Made by a program: the position numbers and the translations under genes
NCBI GenBank assembly: GCA_951406725.2
Contig: OX597820.1
Coordinates: 38,068,001-38,132,000 of the forward strand
Direction of reading: 5' to 3'
DNA length: 64,000 nucleotides
Source of the DNA: Octopus vulgaris
Lineage: Eukaryota
In this document: piece after piece, positions 13,830 through 27,384 of the stretch
How the letters are laid out: each line of letters opens with the position of its first letter
How positions within the stretch are numbered: position 1 is the stretch's first letter
Notes under the pieces: model-generated
What the model was told of the DNA's origin: nothing
Seen by the model: the letters and a program-made list of their open reading frames with translations, nothing else
Databases searched by the model: none

Positions 13830-14676
13830 TATACTAGAAAACGTACCCATCATTTGGACGGTTTAAGTTGCTGTGGTGGTATTTCTTCACCAAATAATTG
13901 AACTACCGAAAAGGTTTATGAGTAGCATGGCAGTCTATGTTTCCGACTAACCTAGGAACAGAAAATAACATTGAAGGCTGGCTATTGTGGAGGTCGTTGC
14001 ACATTAATGATCATAGAACATATAAGTTTGCCAGCAATGCGAAGTAGAGCTACTGAAGCATTTCGGGAGTAGATTACGGATAATGACTACAAAATATAGT
14101 TGTTCTACATGAAAAAGAAATTTCTTGTCAGAAACAGTCACATAAACGGTGTAATAAAATTGAAGGAAGACGTTGAAACCTTCCCTCTGCGGGGTTTATT
14201 TCTTTCAACATGAAAGGGAGCTATTTTATCGGAGAGATAAGCTAACAAAACCCCTAAGGGTGGATGCTACTGTAGTTTTTAGCCCCAGGAGGACACACTC
14301 CTCCAGCTGGCCATAGACACACTTTCTGTGTCCTGTCAGTATTTGCAAAGGGAAGTCATCCTTCCCGTCTTCAACTTATGATACACACGGACTCGAGTTT
14401 CGAGGTATTGACCTCTCGTCAGCGTGTGACAATCATAGTTGTCGGCGAGAATTAGATTTCCTTCACAAATACTTATACTTTTTCCAGCGTCCACTGTCGC
14501 TGATATTGAAAAAGTGAAATCAAACAATGATAAATATCAAAGTGAGTTATATACAGTAGCGGTAACACATCGTGACGTATTTTTGCCATTTCAATATGGC
14601 TAACCCCTAAGGGTGGATGCTACTGTAGTTTTTAGCCCCAGGAGGACACACTCCTCCAGCTGGCCATAGACACACT

Positions 14677-14682
<6 letters not shown>
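13830..14682. mobile_element. Probable Helitron/Helentron-like non-autonomous relic with a duplicated 81-bp terminal module
   Basis: Perfect 81-bp direct repeats at 14249-14329 and 14602-14682 contain a GGAGG-acacact-CCTCC hairpin, and the element ends in (TA)n. The family assignment is inference. Confidence 0.4.
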
Positions 14683-14707
<25 letters not shown>

Positions 14708-15180
14708 CAACTTATAAACAAGGGCAAAAGAAAAAATTTCTAATGCCAAATATGCCGAAAACAGACACATCGTCAATAACTATATAATTCATCACTATAA
14801 GGACGCGTCTTGAAGTAAGCCGACAGAAATTACTAAAAAAATCCGTTATTATCATATCGGACCCGATTTCTGAGTTAATTCATAAAAACCTTCTCTTCGT
14901 CAGTGATAAATGCGGCAAAGCAATAAATGAAATACTTACTTAAACCCATGGAAGAAGGAAACACTAAGTCATGAGCACAATTAAGTACCCCAAATATATC
15001 CAAAATAGAAATTCTCCAGTAGGCCTGGGGTACTTAATTGTGCTCATGACTTAGTTTTTGCTTCTTCCATGGGTATAAGTAAGTATTTCATTTATTTCTT
15101 TGCCGCATGTATCACTGACGAAGAGAGAAGGTGGCTGAAATCTCTGCCACCACGACTCCCTCCGTGGACAGAGAAGATAT
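14708..15180 (-). mobile_element. Short Penelope-like pLTR cassette with an inverted 5' segment
   Basis: Lies between (TA)n and (TATG)n, with about 105-bp inverted arms at 14888-14992 / 15026-15132 and a hammerhead at 14849-14909. Confidence 0.6.
14849..14909 (-). ncRNA. Type I hammerhead ribozyme-like motif
   Basis: Minus strand: ttatca-CTGACGA-A-GAG-(18 nt)-CTC-A-GAAA-TCGG-gt-CCGA-T-A-tgataa; 6-bp stem I, intact core, paired stem III. Confidence 0.7.
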
Positions 15181-16080
15181 ATGCATGCATGTATGTATGT
15201 ATGTATGTATGTATGTATGTATGTATGTATGTATGTATGTATGTATGTATGTATGTAGGTATGCATGCATGTATGTATGAGTGGATAGATGGATGGATGG
15301 ATGGATGCATGGATGGATGAATTGATATACGAATCATAGGTATGGCCGCATTGACACAGCTAAAACTAAAACCGACTGGCAGGTGATTCATGAACTCACT
15401 AGTGCTGCAATATGAGCGTTGTAAAAGACAAACACTTTTTAATGGTCCAGTTTCCATTGATTTATAACGCACAAAACTAAAGAGCAGGAGTACTACATAT
15501 TTTAAGTCCTTCCACATTCTTTAGGGGTCTCCACTGACTTCATCACTACTAACTACATCGTTCTTATTTACTACAGGAATATGTTTAAACTGAGTGAAGA
15601 AAGAGTTAAAGAGATTGGCATAAGAGCGAGTGTGTATGTACTCGTGTAACATACACATGATGATGATGACGATGGGAGGATGACGACGATGACGACAATA
15701 ATGATGATGATGATTGATTGGGCGTCTTCAGAGGCTTTATATATTTTTTAATTTAGTAAGAATTTACGTCTTTCAATGAAGAACTGGTGTCGCTAAAGGC
15801 CGCCAAACTCATTGATTACAAAATGTTTCCTGGAATGTCGATATCTTTATAATATATATTTAGTAACAAAATTGGTGTCTAAACAATTTCACATAGATTT
15901 TGCATGCCATATAACATATGTACAGGAGGAACAATCGATGTAAATGTTAGAAATAAAATATATATCAAATATACGCTTCGTATGAAATCAAAAGTGGAAA
16001 AAAAAGTCAAAAAACGAAAACTATACGTGAAAACTTCCAAGAGGAGACAGGGGAAGAAGGAGAGGTAAAGAGAGGCGGAA

Positions 16081-16124
<44 letters not shown>

Positions 16125-16379
16125 GAGAGAGAGAGAGAGGGAGAGAGAGGGAGAGAGAGATAGAGTGAATGCGAGGGTGAAAGAGTGAGTAAAAAGAGGA
16201 GGAGAGCGATCGAAACTTTTCGATTTTCTTTGCAATGAAACCACAGCTAGACAAACATACATAACAGTATAAAATTGTACATAAATATTCTTGCACATAA
16301 ATAAACACTGTCTTTTATCAATGAGTCTGTTCTATAAAGCACACACATAAACACTCATATATACACATACATACATACC

Positions 16380-16451
<72 letters not shown>

Positions 16452-16974
16452 GGTGGTACAAAGAAAAGAATAGAAGTCGATATTCAACTCAGAGAATATA
16501 TATTTCTTGATCATTTAGCTGTAAATTTTGATAAGTAACTCAAAGGCTAAGCGGCTGGTTCAATTATCAAACGTTTGATTGGTACACAATATTCAGAGTA
16601 TTGCGTCACTTACGTAAATTTTAGAGTTACACTGATATAAAAATACACACATATATCTAGAAACATACACACAAACCATATACTACAACTGCATACACAG
16701 ATACACATTTAAAGAGAGAGAATACTAGAATGAGAGCGGGAGAGACGGAGAAGAAAAACTGTTCCAGTTATTTCAGTTCTGAGATCAAGTCACGATGTCG
16801 ACAACTTTGCTTTTCAGTTCTTATGGGTCGCTAAAATAAAATACCAATCTAGCATTGAGAGTTGATCCCCTCAAAACTCATGACCTCCTGCTTGAATCAG
16901 AAATACTTATAAAATATATTTGAATTTATATGTATATTACGCATGATACATATATATATATATATATATATGTG

Positions 16975-17043
<69 letters not shown>

Positions 17044-17046
<3 letters not shown>

Positions 17047-17228
17047 TGGTTTTCAACCAGGGTTCCGCCAGTATAGTCCAGGGGTTCCGCAAGAAGTTAC
17101 AAAACTGCTAAAATCGGCAGTAATTTTTATTTCTCCTAAGCAGATATTAAATTATTGCACAGGGGTTCCTCGAGCCAGTGGAATGTTTCCTTGGGGTTCC
17201 GCTCCAGCAAAAAGGTCGAAAAGCACTG
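17044..17228. mobile_element. hAT (Charlie-like) MITE inserted in (TA)n
   Basis: TIRs CAGTGGTTTTCAACC / GGTCGAAAAGCACTG; repeated subterminal GGGGTTCCGC motifs. Confidence 0.75.
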
Positions 17229-17639
17229 ATATATATATATATATACACACTTGCTCTTATGTATATATATATATATATATATCGAGGAGAAACAAGAGAA
17301 AAAGAGAGTGTAGAGGGAGAGAGAGAGACACACACAGAAGCGTATATAGATATATATGCTACATACAAAAGTGAATGTATATTTTATCTTCTAATGTACT
17401 TAAGCGATATCCTGATGTATTGATTCAAATAGATCTAAAGATGCGTGTAGGAGTGGTTGTTTCTGTGTGCGGCGTCGTATAAATATATTATTCATTGAAG
17501 GTCACATGTACCATAAATACGATGTGCGTGATGATGCGTCTGTGGGGAAACAAGTTTCAATAGTGTTTGATGTAATAAAATTTGATCTGTTATGTGTGTT
17601 TTGTGACTGTGTGTGTGTATGCATGTATGTAGTATCTAG

Positions 17640-17688
<49 letters not shown>

Positions 17689-17734
17689 CACACACATACA
17701 TATGAATATACACATGTATACATATATGTATAGA

Positions 17735-18626
17735 CGAGGACTGATCAATAAGTATCCAGACTGTTGTCATACTAACGAAGCTAACCAAGCAGGGTGAAGC
17801 CACTTGGCACAGATTAACCCTGACCTCTGCCGTGCATGCGCACTAAGTTTTAACATTCTAGCTCACTTCCGCTGTTTAAACCAGTGCTTGGAAGGAACAT
17901 GTGTAGCGTGTGATCGTCGCATTGACCAGGACAGAGAAAGTTGTCATGGTGATACCTGCTTAGAGGCTTACGAAATGTTGCAGAAAGTGTATAGGAACGA
18001 ATGTATAAGCTGCACACAAGTGTACAAGTGTATCAGACGTTTCCAAGATGGCCGAAAAATGTCGATATTGACGAACATTCTGAGAGTCCCGCAAGCAGCA
18101 GAACTGAGAAAGGCATCGCAGATGTGCGTGCAGCTGTGTGGGGAAATAATCGAATCGCAGTCCGTAAATTATCTGAGGATGTCCAGATTAGTTACAATTC
18201 AGTTCAGTCCATTATCACTGAAGATTTGGGTATGAGACGCGTATCTGGCAAGTTTGTGCTCAAAGTGCTTTCAGCTGAGCAAAAAGACACTCGAGTTTCA
18301 GTTGAGCAAGATCTTCTTGATTGTGTCGAAAAGGATAAAAAAATTTTGGAAACTTTGCGTAGGCCTCTGAGAAGGTATAGCCAAGCTTTTGGCAAAGTGT
18401 GATGCAGATTCTCTGCTCAACTTTCTCTGTTATGGTCAATGCGACGATCACACGCTACACACCTTCCTTCCAAGTACTGCTGTAAACGGCGGAAGTGATT
18501 TAGAAGTTAAAAGTTAGTGCACATGCACTGCAGAGTTCAAAGTCAATCTGTGCCAAGTAACTTTAATTTGCGTGTTTTAGCTTCGTTACTCTGGCAACAG
18601 TCCAGATACTTATTGATCAGACCACA
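17735..18626 (+). mobile_element. Mariner-derived foldback element (two left ends), copy 1
   Basis: TIR CTGATCAATAAGTATC at both ends and inverted duplication of the 5' UTR plus transposase start. Internal transposase N-terminus: ...RIAVRKLSEDVQISYNSVQSIITEDLGMRRVSGKFVLKVLS. Confidence 0.8.
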
Positions 18627-18689
18627 TATATACATATCTATAATCAGATAACAGATACACACACACCACGCACACACATACACACACAC

Positions 18690-18791
<102 letters not shown>

Positions 18792-19749
18792 GTGAAATAG
18801 AAAGATGAATAATCTTGTTGCAGATTAATCAAAAGTTTAACCGATACCTTGGTAGCAAAAATCACAGCAGAAGACAGCACGGTTGGAGGTACAACCATAT
18901 GGTGTTGCAACCGTGCGTTGGTGCGGATAATTGAATTTTAATATTATTAGTGAATTGAAAAAATGGAGTTAAACGAAGATCGAACAGAAATCGTTTTATT
19001 GCATTCTACACGTGTTTCGAAAGCCACAATTTACCAAATTCCGATTGAATAAGGAGACCATATTGTGTCTTTCTCTTCAGGAAGAAATAGGAATTCCGTT
19101 GGCAAAAACAAAAAACAGAACAGAGGCGCAGCAAAACAAATCGAACGAGGCTCCTAAGAGCCTATGGCCAAACTGTTTATCAATGTATGTTGAAATCGGG
19201 TGGTGGGTGCGTTGAAAATTTTAACAGGTCAGGCAGCGGTCATTCTGTGTATGTCCATATATATGTATGTATATATATATATATATATACATACATATAT
19301 ATGGACATACACGCGTATACATATATATGGACATACACGCGTATACATATACATATATAACCTAAATAACCTAATTGCTGGAGTTCTAATAGATTCAAAA
19401 ATTCAACAACTGAGGACTCACAAATTCCAATAAAATGAAATATCATAGACAAAGAGAAACTGAACCTAAACTGAACCTATTGATATAATTTATGCATTGC
19501 AGAAAAATTCCACACCTAACGACAACAAGAAATAGTTGAGATAAAACATTATGCATACATCTCACAGGTAAAGAGTAAATAGCAGCACTTAAGTGACTCT
19601 AAACCGAATCAGTCTGCAGTGAATACTTCAGCATGTTATTTCGTTGGTTAGCATTATATTTAAAAGGCAATTCCCAGTGTCATTTGAGCGTCGGGCAAAA
19701 TTTGACAGTTTGTATGAAGGGGGAAAAAACAGCATATTTTCTTTTTTTA

Positions 19750-20535
19750 AATGAAAAACCAAACTAGATTATGGCTGAGAGAGAAGTTTATTCAAAGAAG
19801 CTGTCCTCAGCTTCCAACGCGCCCACACGACGGTTCCAGAACCTGACGCATGAGTTCCTTACTATGTCTTTCCGAATACCTCTTGCATATTGGTCTGCAG
19901 CTCAACCGTGGTGCTTCAAACAGCGGCTGATGTCTCAACCGCAACCCACACATAGTAATCTATGGGATTAAAAACGGGGATATTAGGACGCTAGAAACTG
20001 CGGTTAGTGAAGTCGAAGAAATTCTCGGACAAGAAGTACTGACTTTTTCCGGAAGTATGGCAAGGAGCCAAATCAGGCTGTCACACATATGACCTCCTAG
20101 CAGCAACCCTCTCCAGCCAGAGATTAACCAGTCTCCAGTAGCTTCACATAGCCATCTGAATTGTGTTTAAGGCCTTGTGTAAAGATGTGTAGGTGAATCC
20201 CCGAGTGTGGATGCATCCAGAACGCTTGTCGTGTCCTTTCCTACTGACTACGGCTTCGCAGTTTCCGTTGCAGCTGTCCACGTCCTGCCTTACAGCCTTT
20301 ACAGTATTCAGAGAGCATCGAGCCGCAGTCATAATGCTGGTATTTTGATACCCAGGGTAAAACATCGTGATACAAGTAACTGCCCCAGTACTCAGATGAC
20401 TTCTCGTCCTTCATCTCAACTACTCCTTTCACAGCAACAACTTTACTCCTTATGCTCTCCAACGTTGACAGTTTATGAATATACGAAGTAGCAATTCCTG
20501 AAAAAAGGAGATATAAATTAGCCCGAACTTTCTAT
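19750..20535 (-). mobile_element. Degenerate, internally deleted Tc1/mariner-superfamily (maT/DD37D-like) element
   Basis: Minus-strand translation WLERVAARRSYV*QPDLAPCHTS...F*RPNIPVFNPIDYYVW resembles QQDSAPCH...WPPNSPDxNPxDYYVW. Boundaries are approximate. Confidence 0.6.
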
Positions 20536-20553
20536 ATGTGCATGTACACACAT

Positions 20554-20641
<88 letters not shown>

Positions 20642-20695
20642 ACACACACACACAGACACAGACACAGACACAGACATACAGATATATATACATAC

Positions 20696-21085
20696 ATATA
20701 AAATATTAGGAAAAATGACCTTTTATCAATTCAAAATGAATAATAAAATCACACCATCTAGAAAATTACATATAATAGAAAAGTTAAAATTAAAATAAGA
20801 ATTAAAAAGTAAAGATTAAGTAAATTACAAAGATAATATACTTAATATACGTAATATACGTAATTTATTTAATCTTTACCTTTTAATTCTTATTTTAATT
20901 TTAACTTTTCTATTATATGTAATTTTCTAGATGGTGTAATTTTATTATTCATTTTGAATTGATAAAAGGTGATTTTTTTTCTAATATTTTATATATATTA
21001 TATTGTGGAATTTGATTTAGTATTTCTAAATTGAATTCTTTTTCCTTGTAAGTTTGGATTTTATTCCCTCAAATAATAATTATTA
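20696..21085 (+). repeat. Long AT-rich hairpin (arms about 20696-20828 / 20860-20995) plus about 90-bp tail; probably a Penelope pLTR end with 5' inversion
   Basis: The arms are near-perfect reverse complements, and the cassette is flanked by microsatellites. Confidence 0.7.
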
Positions 21086-21285
21086 TATACATACATATAC
21101 GCACACGCACACACAAACATGCACACATACACACTCACACACACATATATATGGTGATGCATGTATAATTCTCTTGAAGATATGTAAACAAACGATTTCT
21201 ATGTATCAATTTATCTATCTATACATCTATATATATGTGTCTTCCTATCTACCTGTCATATATTTATATGTCTATAAATAAATAA

Positions 21286-21346
<61 letters not shown>

Positions 21347-21937
21347 TGTGTGTGTGTGTATTCGTGTATATGTATGTAATGAACGTATGTGCCAGTGTGT
21401 ATTTGTGTGTTTATAGGACGAACGTAATAGAGCTAATTGTTTGACCTTTCATTATCAGTTGTGTACATCGATGGGTGATTAGCGCCTATTCACTTCAGAA
21501 AATTGCCTACCACTATACTAGAAATTTGGTAGCATATAAACTGGGCAAGGCATAATAACGAACATCCTTTCAATTACAGACCTCTTGTTGTGTAGTCCAA
21601 GGACGGTAATCTTCGAACAAACTTGTGATCAAAAGCATTTTACTCTGTATATACCGCCACAGTTTATTATCTGAAATACATTTTTGTATCTAGATCTGAG
21701 TTATAGATTGTGATCTAATTTTTGAAAAAGTTGCATATAATTTTTTAGGAAGATTTAGTCGATCGAATATTATTATTGGTTCGCCATTGTTCCTAGTGAT
21801 ATTAACTAAACATGTAGCAAAAATTAACACGTATCGCGAACCTGACGTTACGCAAATTGAACATCGTGGAACAGTTGCAATAAAATAATCTAGTTATGTA
21901 CTAAGCTTTTTGTACTATTTTCCTCACCGGAACAACA

Positions 21938-21976
<39 letters not shown>

Positions 21977-22099
21977 GTATTTCCCTACCCGTCGTGATTT
22001 CGTTGATATTACACTTTTAGTCCTATCCATCTGCCCTACTAGTTTTTACCTGTTAATATAAATTATAAAAAAGAAAATTACTTCCAAAATATATCACGA

Positions 22100-22290
22100 G
22101 CGCAGGTGTGGTTCTGTTATAAGAAACCTCTTTTGTTTCCAAACCACATGGTTCCAGGTTCGGTCCCACTGCGTGTCATTTTGAGACAGTGTCTTCTGCT
22201 ATAACGTTGGGCTGACCAAACCTTGTGAGTGGATTAGGTAGACAGAAACTCAAAAGAAGCCCAACGTAGGTGTGTGTGTGTCTGGTTCTG

Positions 22291-22333
<43 letters not shown>

Positions 22334-22620
22334 CACACATATATGTGTGTGTATGTGTGTGTCTTATATATATATATATACATATATGTGTGTGTGTGTG
22401 TCTATGTGTGTTTGTGTCTGTGATTGTCTCCCATTACCGCTTGATAACTGGTGTTCTTTGTTACATCCAGGCGATTTAGCAGTTCGGCCAAAGACTGATA
22501 AAATAGGCTTTAAAACAATAAGTACAAGGATCGAATTGTTCGACTAAAAATTCATCAAAGTGGTACCTCAGCATGGTCGTAGTCTAATAACTGACACAAG
22601 TAAACGTATAAAGAATAGAA
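22100..22620 (+). mobile_element. SINE family B copy
   Basis: tRNA-like head (GGTTCGGTCCC B-box), GTGTCTTCTGCTATA..CCTTGTGAGTGGATT..GTAGAC.GAAACT body, internal microsatellite and 3' module. Related copies at about 23439-23595, 28350-28480(-), 39230-39360(-), 44437-44800(-) and 55177-55345. Confidence 0.75.
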
Positions 22621-24040
22621 TATTTACCACACGTATTCTCGGCGCGTATTCTGATTTATTATAGCTACTCATATTTTCTAGATAGTCGGTATCATCTTAT
22701 AAAATTTAATTCATATATCAGCCAGAATTATTGGCTAATAAATAAAGGCTGGCTAAAAATATGCGTTTGCTCATAAATTCTCATTCAAATTTCAAATGAC
22801 GTTAGACCAAAGCCAAATTTCTAGCATAGCTAGCACATCAACGTTCTAACACTGTTTGACAAAATCTTTTACAATCAGCACTAATTCACGAACAGGACAG
22901 CGAATTTCACTCAGTCGCGAGACCAGTTCACTGGTACTTTCCACAGTCTAGTATCTTGCACAGTGCAGTATTAATAAACTTGTATAATTTATTGTAGTGT
23001 ACAAGTATCTGTACTTAATTTAGTTCTGTATATCAATATCTGTTTACTTTAAGGCGGCAAGTGGGAGAAATCGTTAGCATACTTAGCGGCATTCCATCTG
23101 TCTTTATGTTCAAAACCGAAATGACCATCTAACAAAACCAAATTTCAAGTAGTAGTATTTTGTGATATAACCGTAAATATTCGATAAATATGTCTACTTT
23201 CCTTGTAGAACATTTTACATTTTCTCCTCAGTTTCTTTTTAAATAACACCTTTTCAGCGCCATTTTTATACGATGTAACGGTGTCTTCCATTTTTAACGT
23301 ACATAGGAGTTATATGTCATCGGAATAATTTACTTCCGGGTTGTAGCACGGATGGCTATTTACCAAAGCAACATCCTGCCACAAGGTGATTAACATAAGC
23401 ATTGGTGGTCTATATTATGCTTTGCTTATTCTGTACTAGGCGTGGCGGTGGGATCAAGACGCGCGTTTTGTAACCTTGTAGTTTCAGGTTCAGTCCCTCT
23501 GCGTGGCACATTGGACAAGTGTCTCCTACTATAACTGCAGGCAGACTAATGTCTTTTGAGTGAGTTAAATAGACAGAAACTGTGTGGAAACGCGTTGTTG
23601 TTGTAAGAAACTTGCTTCCGGTATAGCGTTTGTCAGTTGGATTGTTGGTTTTGTTTGTTATTTAAATCCCCCTCTAACCCCCACCCGTTAAAACATGTTT
23701 TTTAATTCGTGGTTTTAAAATACAGTCTAAATCTACCATTTGTTTCTCTTTATGATATCCAACTAAATTTTTAAATACTTTAAAATCTAAATTGCTTAAA
23801 TATGTGTACCAGAAACTGTAGCTAAAAATTAAAGAAATAGATTTTCTGGGAGATTTCTTACTATGATAGAATTTTATTCCATTATTCTAATATCTTCTGA
23901 AACTTATACATATACATGTATAAACGCATATAGAAACATATATAAATATATACACATACTCACACATACATTTTACAGAGTTAGTTTTATATACATCGTG
24001 GTATATATATATATATACGCTCACGCACACACACACACAT

Positions 24041-24097
<57 letters not shown>

Positions 24098-24118
24098 CAC
24101 AAATATATATATTTATAT

Positions 24119-24149
<31 letters not shown>

Positions 24150-24152
<3 letters not shown>

Positions 24153-24626
24153 GAAAAAACAAGTCAAAAATAGAAAATGCTAAAATAATTTTATAGTGAA
24201 CATTTCAGTACCGGTTTCGGTCATTTTGAGACCTTTTCAACTGTAACGATTAAATAATTAAATTTAGAAAAATTAGAAGAAAAGTTTTTTTAAAAGAATA
24301 TTTCTATAGTAGTGTTCAGATTTAAGTGGCATTCTGCCTTTCTCTGACTCCCTTGTTTGCACTTGTGTGTTGGAGGTCGTTGTGAGTTCTTGGTAGGGTA
24401 GTAGAGGAAGAAGGCTGGTGAGGAAAGGGGGTGGGAGAATCTGGGAGTGCCCTGATGGTCGTATTTTGAATGGTCAGTGGCGGCTGGCAGTCTCAGTTCA
24501 ATTCAGGAGAATATTTATATTGACAGGCTTGTTTATAGAATTAGCGTAGGTGTTATACTAAAAAACATTAGTGACAAAGTTAAGGGGTAGGGGGTGGAGA
24601 AGTAGTAGAAGAAGAAGAAGAAGAAG
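24150..24626 (-). repeat. 5' inverted pseudo-LTR of the Penelope-like element
   Basis: Essentially identical reverse complement of about 27385-27863. Confidence 0.92.
24206..24243 (-). ncRNA. Minimal type I hammerhead ribozyme, U3-A8 variant (5' pLTR copy)
   Basis: Exact reverse complement of 27770-27807. Confidence 0.75.
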
Positions 24627-24657
24627 AACAACAACAACAACAACAACTATATACTAG

Positions 24658-27012
24658 CTACCGTCCCAACCACCGCATTCATTTTTTAGACCCAATACGC
24701 AAACACAGAGACACAAGATAGCACCAAACAAGCAGGAGGAACCAAAAGTAATAAAAATTATTAATCTAACTCACAAGGAACTAACAACAAACCAAATAAA
24801 CATACTTTCCAAAGGACTCAAGTTTACACCCACCCCACAACACCCCAACTACAATGAAATGAAAGAAGACATCGCAGAATTCTGCAGAAAATTAAGACTT
24901 ACTGAGGAGCTATACGATAAATACAACGAGGACGAATCGTTAGCCAGAAATAGGAGTAACTACACCCCCTCGAAAGGTAAGAATAAAACACTTGATGATT
25001 TCTGTGACCACATATCAAATTACCCATATCAACATATGCACAAACAAAAACACAAACCAAACTTCAGCAAAAAAGAATGGGCTGAGTTGAACAAATTAAA
25101 ACTAGATAAAACAATAACAATCAAAGAGGCCGATAAAGGGAGTGCTGTTGTCTTAATGGATACGACATTTTACATAACTTTGGTACTTTCTATGCTGGAA
25201 GACACAACATACTATGAAAAGGCACAAAACTACAGTCAACAAAAAATAATGAGGGAACTAAAATCCATATTAAACCCATACAAAGCAGGGCTCACCGACA
25301 AAGAATATGATTATATGACCAATTTCACAAGTAAAACTAGCCAATTCTACGGTATACCTAAGATCCACAAAAGTGAAAAAATAAGCAACGCATGCAAGAT
25401 AGCTACAGACAAAATAATTAAAGTCCCTAATCCTAATGACCTCAAATTGAGACCCATAATAGCAGGTCCCGCATGCGAAACCCACCGCCTCAGTAACTTT
25501 TTAGACACCCTGTTAAAACCACTCCTCAAACATGTCAAAAGCTATATAAGGGACGACTTAGATATGCTCAATCACCTACCGAATACTATAAACAAAAACA
25601 CCATACTGGTATCCTTCGATGTAGTCAACCTCTACTCCAATATCCCCCACAACCTAGGACTAGAGGCAATCCAATTCTGGCTAGAGAATCACGCCAACGA
25701 ACTACCACACCGCATCAAAAAAGAATTTGTGATAGAAGGGGTTAAATTCATCCTGGAAAATAACTTCTTCACCTTCAATGACAACTTCTACCGACAAAAA
25801 TCGGGGACTGCGATGGGTACACGAATGGCCCCTCCTTTGCCAACCTAGTCATAGGATACCTAGAGATCAGTCTGTATCGTAAGGTTCTAGAAAGATATGG
25901 CAGCCCTTTCTCCATCTACATAGAAAACAACTGGAAGAGATATCTAGATGACTGTTTCATCCTTTGGCATAAAAATATAGAAAAACTCATAGAATTCCAG
26001 AAAATTTTAAACGGACTGGACGTAAACATCCAATTCACGATGGAATATAGCCAACAACAACTCCCCTTCCTCGATATCCTCATTAAGAAAGCTAATGATA
26101 TAATAGAAACAGACATATACTATAAGCCTACAGACTCTAAGCAATATCTTCCATTCAATTCATGCCACCCCAGACACACCAGGATGAATATCCCCTTCAA
26201 TCTAGCAAAAAGGATATGCACTATAGTCTCTAACGCAAACACCAGAGACACACGACTACAAGAACTAAAAGATACCCTAATCACCAGGAACTATCCACCT
26301 TCACTTATTGACAAGTGCATTCAACGTGCCCTTCAACTTAACATCAAGGAACTGAGACATCCCAAATCAAAGAAAAACTTACAACCAAAAGCCTTACCAT
26401 ACATCTCCACACACAACCCTCTCAATAACGAAGCCTTCGACACCATCCTCCACAACATACCCCTCCTAAAAAAAGACCACAGAATGAACACAATCCTCCA
26501 AACACACACGATCATAAAAAGCAAAAGACAGCCTAGATCCATGAAAAGTCTCCTTACACAAGCCCGAATTCACTCTTCAACACAGAAGCCGACAGTAAAA
26601 AAAATGTGGAAGACCCAATTGCGGGATATGCGACTATCTAATTGAGGGATCAGAGTTCTCCTTCAAACAGGGACAACGGTTTACAGTGAAAAGCAACTTC
26701 ACATGTGCTTCGGAGAACCTAATATACTCACTAACCTGCTCCGGGTGTCAAGAGCAGTACATAGGCCAAACAAAAAAGGGTTTGCATAAACGAATGGCCC
26801 TGCACAGATCCCAGATAAAAATTCCCCAAAACAGAAAAATAGCTTTTAGCCAACACATAGATACTTGCGCCAACAAAAAAACACCAAACTTCAGAATTTT
26901 CCCCCTCTACCAATTTAGGGACGATACAACCTCGAGACAACGAATAAGTAAAGAAAATCTCTTTATTACAAAATACAAGCCACTTCTTAACGGGTCTACG
27001 ACAAACAATTAA
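24658..27012 (+). CDS. Penelope-like reverse transcriptase plus GIY-YIG endonuclease polyprotein (5'-truncated, two homopolymer frameshifts at about 25830 and 26600)
   Basis: Motifs in order: INL..LSKGLKFTPTP, IKEADKG, FYGIPKIHK, LRPII, SFDVVNLYSNIP, GTAMGTRMAP(S)FAN, RYLDD (YLDD at 25941-25952), LPFLD, TDIYYKPT, SCHP, linker CGRPNCGIC, LIY..CSGC..YIGQT..R...H, E..FI.KY.PLLN. It joins track ORFs 24859-25848, 26040-26645 and 26686-27012. Confidence 0.93.
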
Positions 27013-27384
27013 TATACCTCAACTTTAGAATAAAAGAAAAATATATATACACACACAAATATTACACTCCATAGAATCCATTACTAATCAGCCCCTTCAT
27101 AGCTATACTTACACCCATTCATATTCTCCCTTCTCTGTTTTTTTCTTCTTCTTCTTCTTCCTCTTCTTCTTCATCATCATCATTATCATCATCATCGTCG
27201 TCATCATCATCACCACCATCATCACCACCATCTTCTCCTTCTCCTCCTTCTTCTTCTTCTTCTTCTTCTTCTTCTTCTTCTTCTTCTTCTTCTTCTTCAT
27301 CATCATCATTATCATCATCATCGTCGTCATAATCATCACCACCATCACCATCATCGTCATCTTCTCCTTCTCCTTCTTCTTCTT

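Noticed and set aside
14249-14682. Direct repeats with hairpins as a possible CRISPR array
   Set aside because: Only two 81-bp copies with a 272-bp spacer in eukaryotic DNA, and no cas genes.
18877-18917. Short GC-rich hairpin GCACGGTTG...CAACCGTGC as a possible pre-miRNA
   Set aside because: The stem is too short and irregular, and there is no recognisable mature miRNA.
19246-19312. Perfect ~66-bp palindrome
   Set aside because: Built almost entirely from self-complementary (TA)/(TATG) microsatellite; unremarkable.
24658-27012. Selenoprotein-type (Naiad-like) UGA recoding in the Penelope ORF
   Set aside because: No in-frame TGA in the reconstructed ORF; the breaks are frameshifts, not stops.
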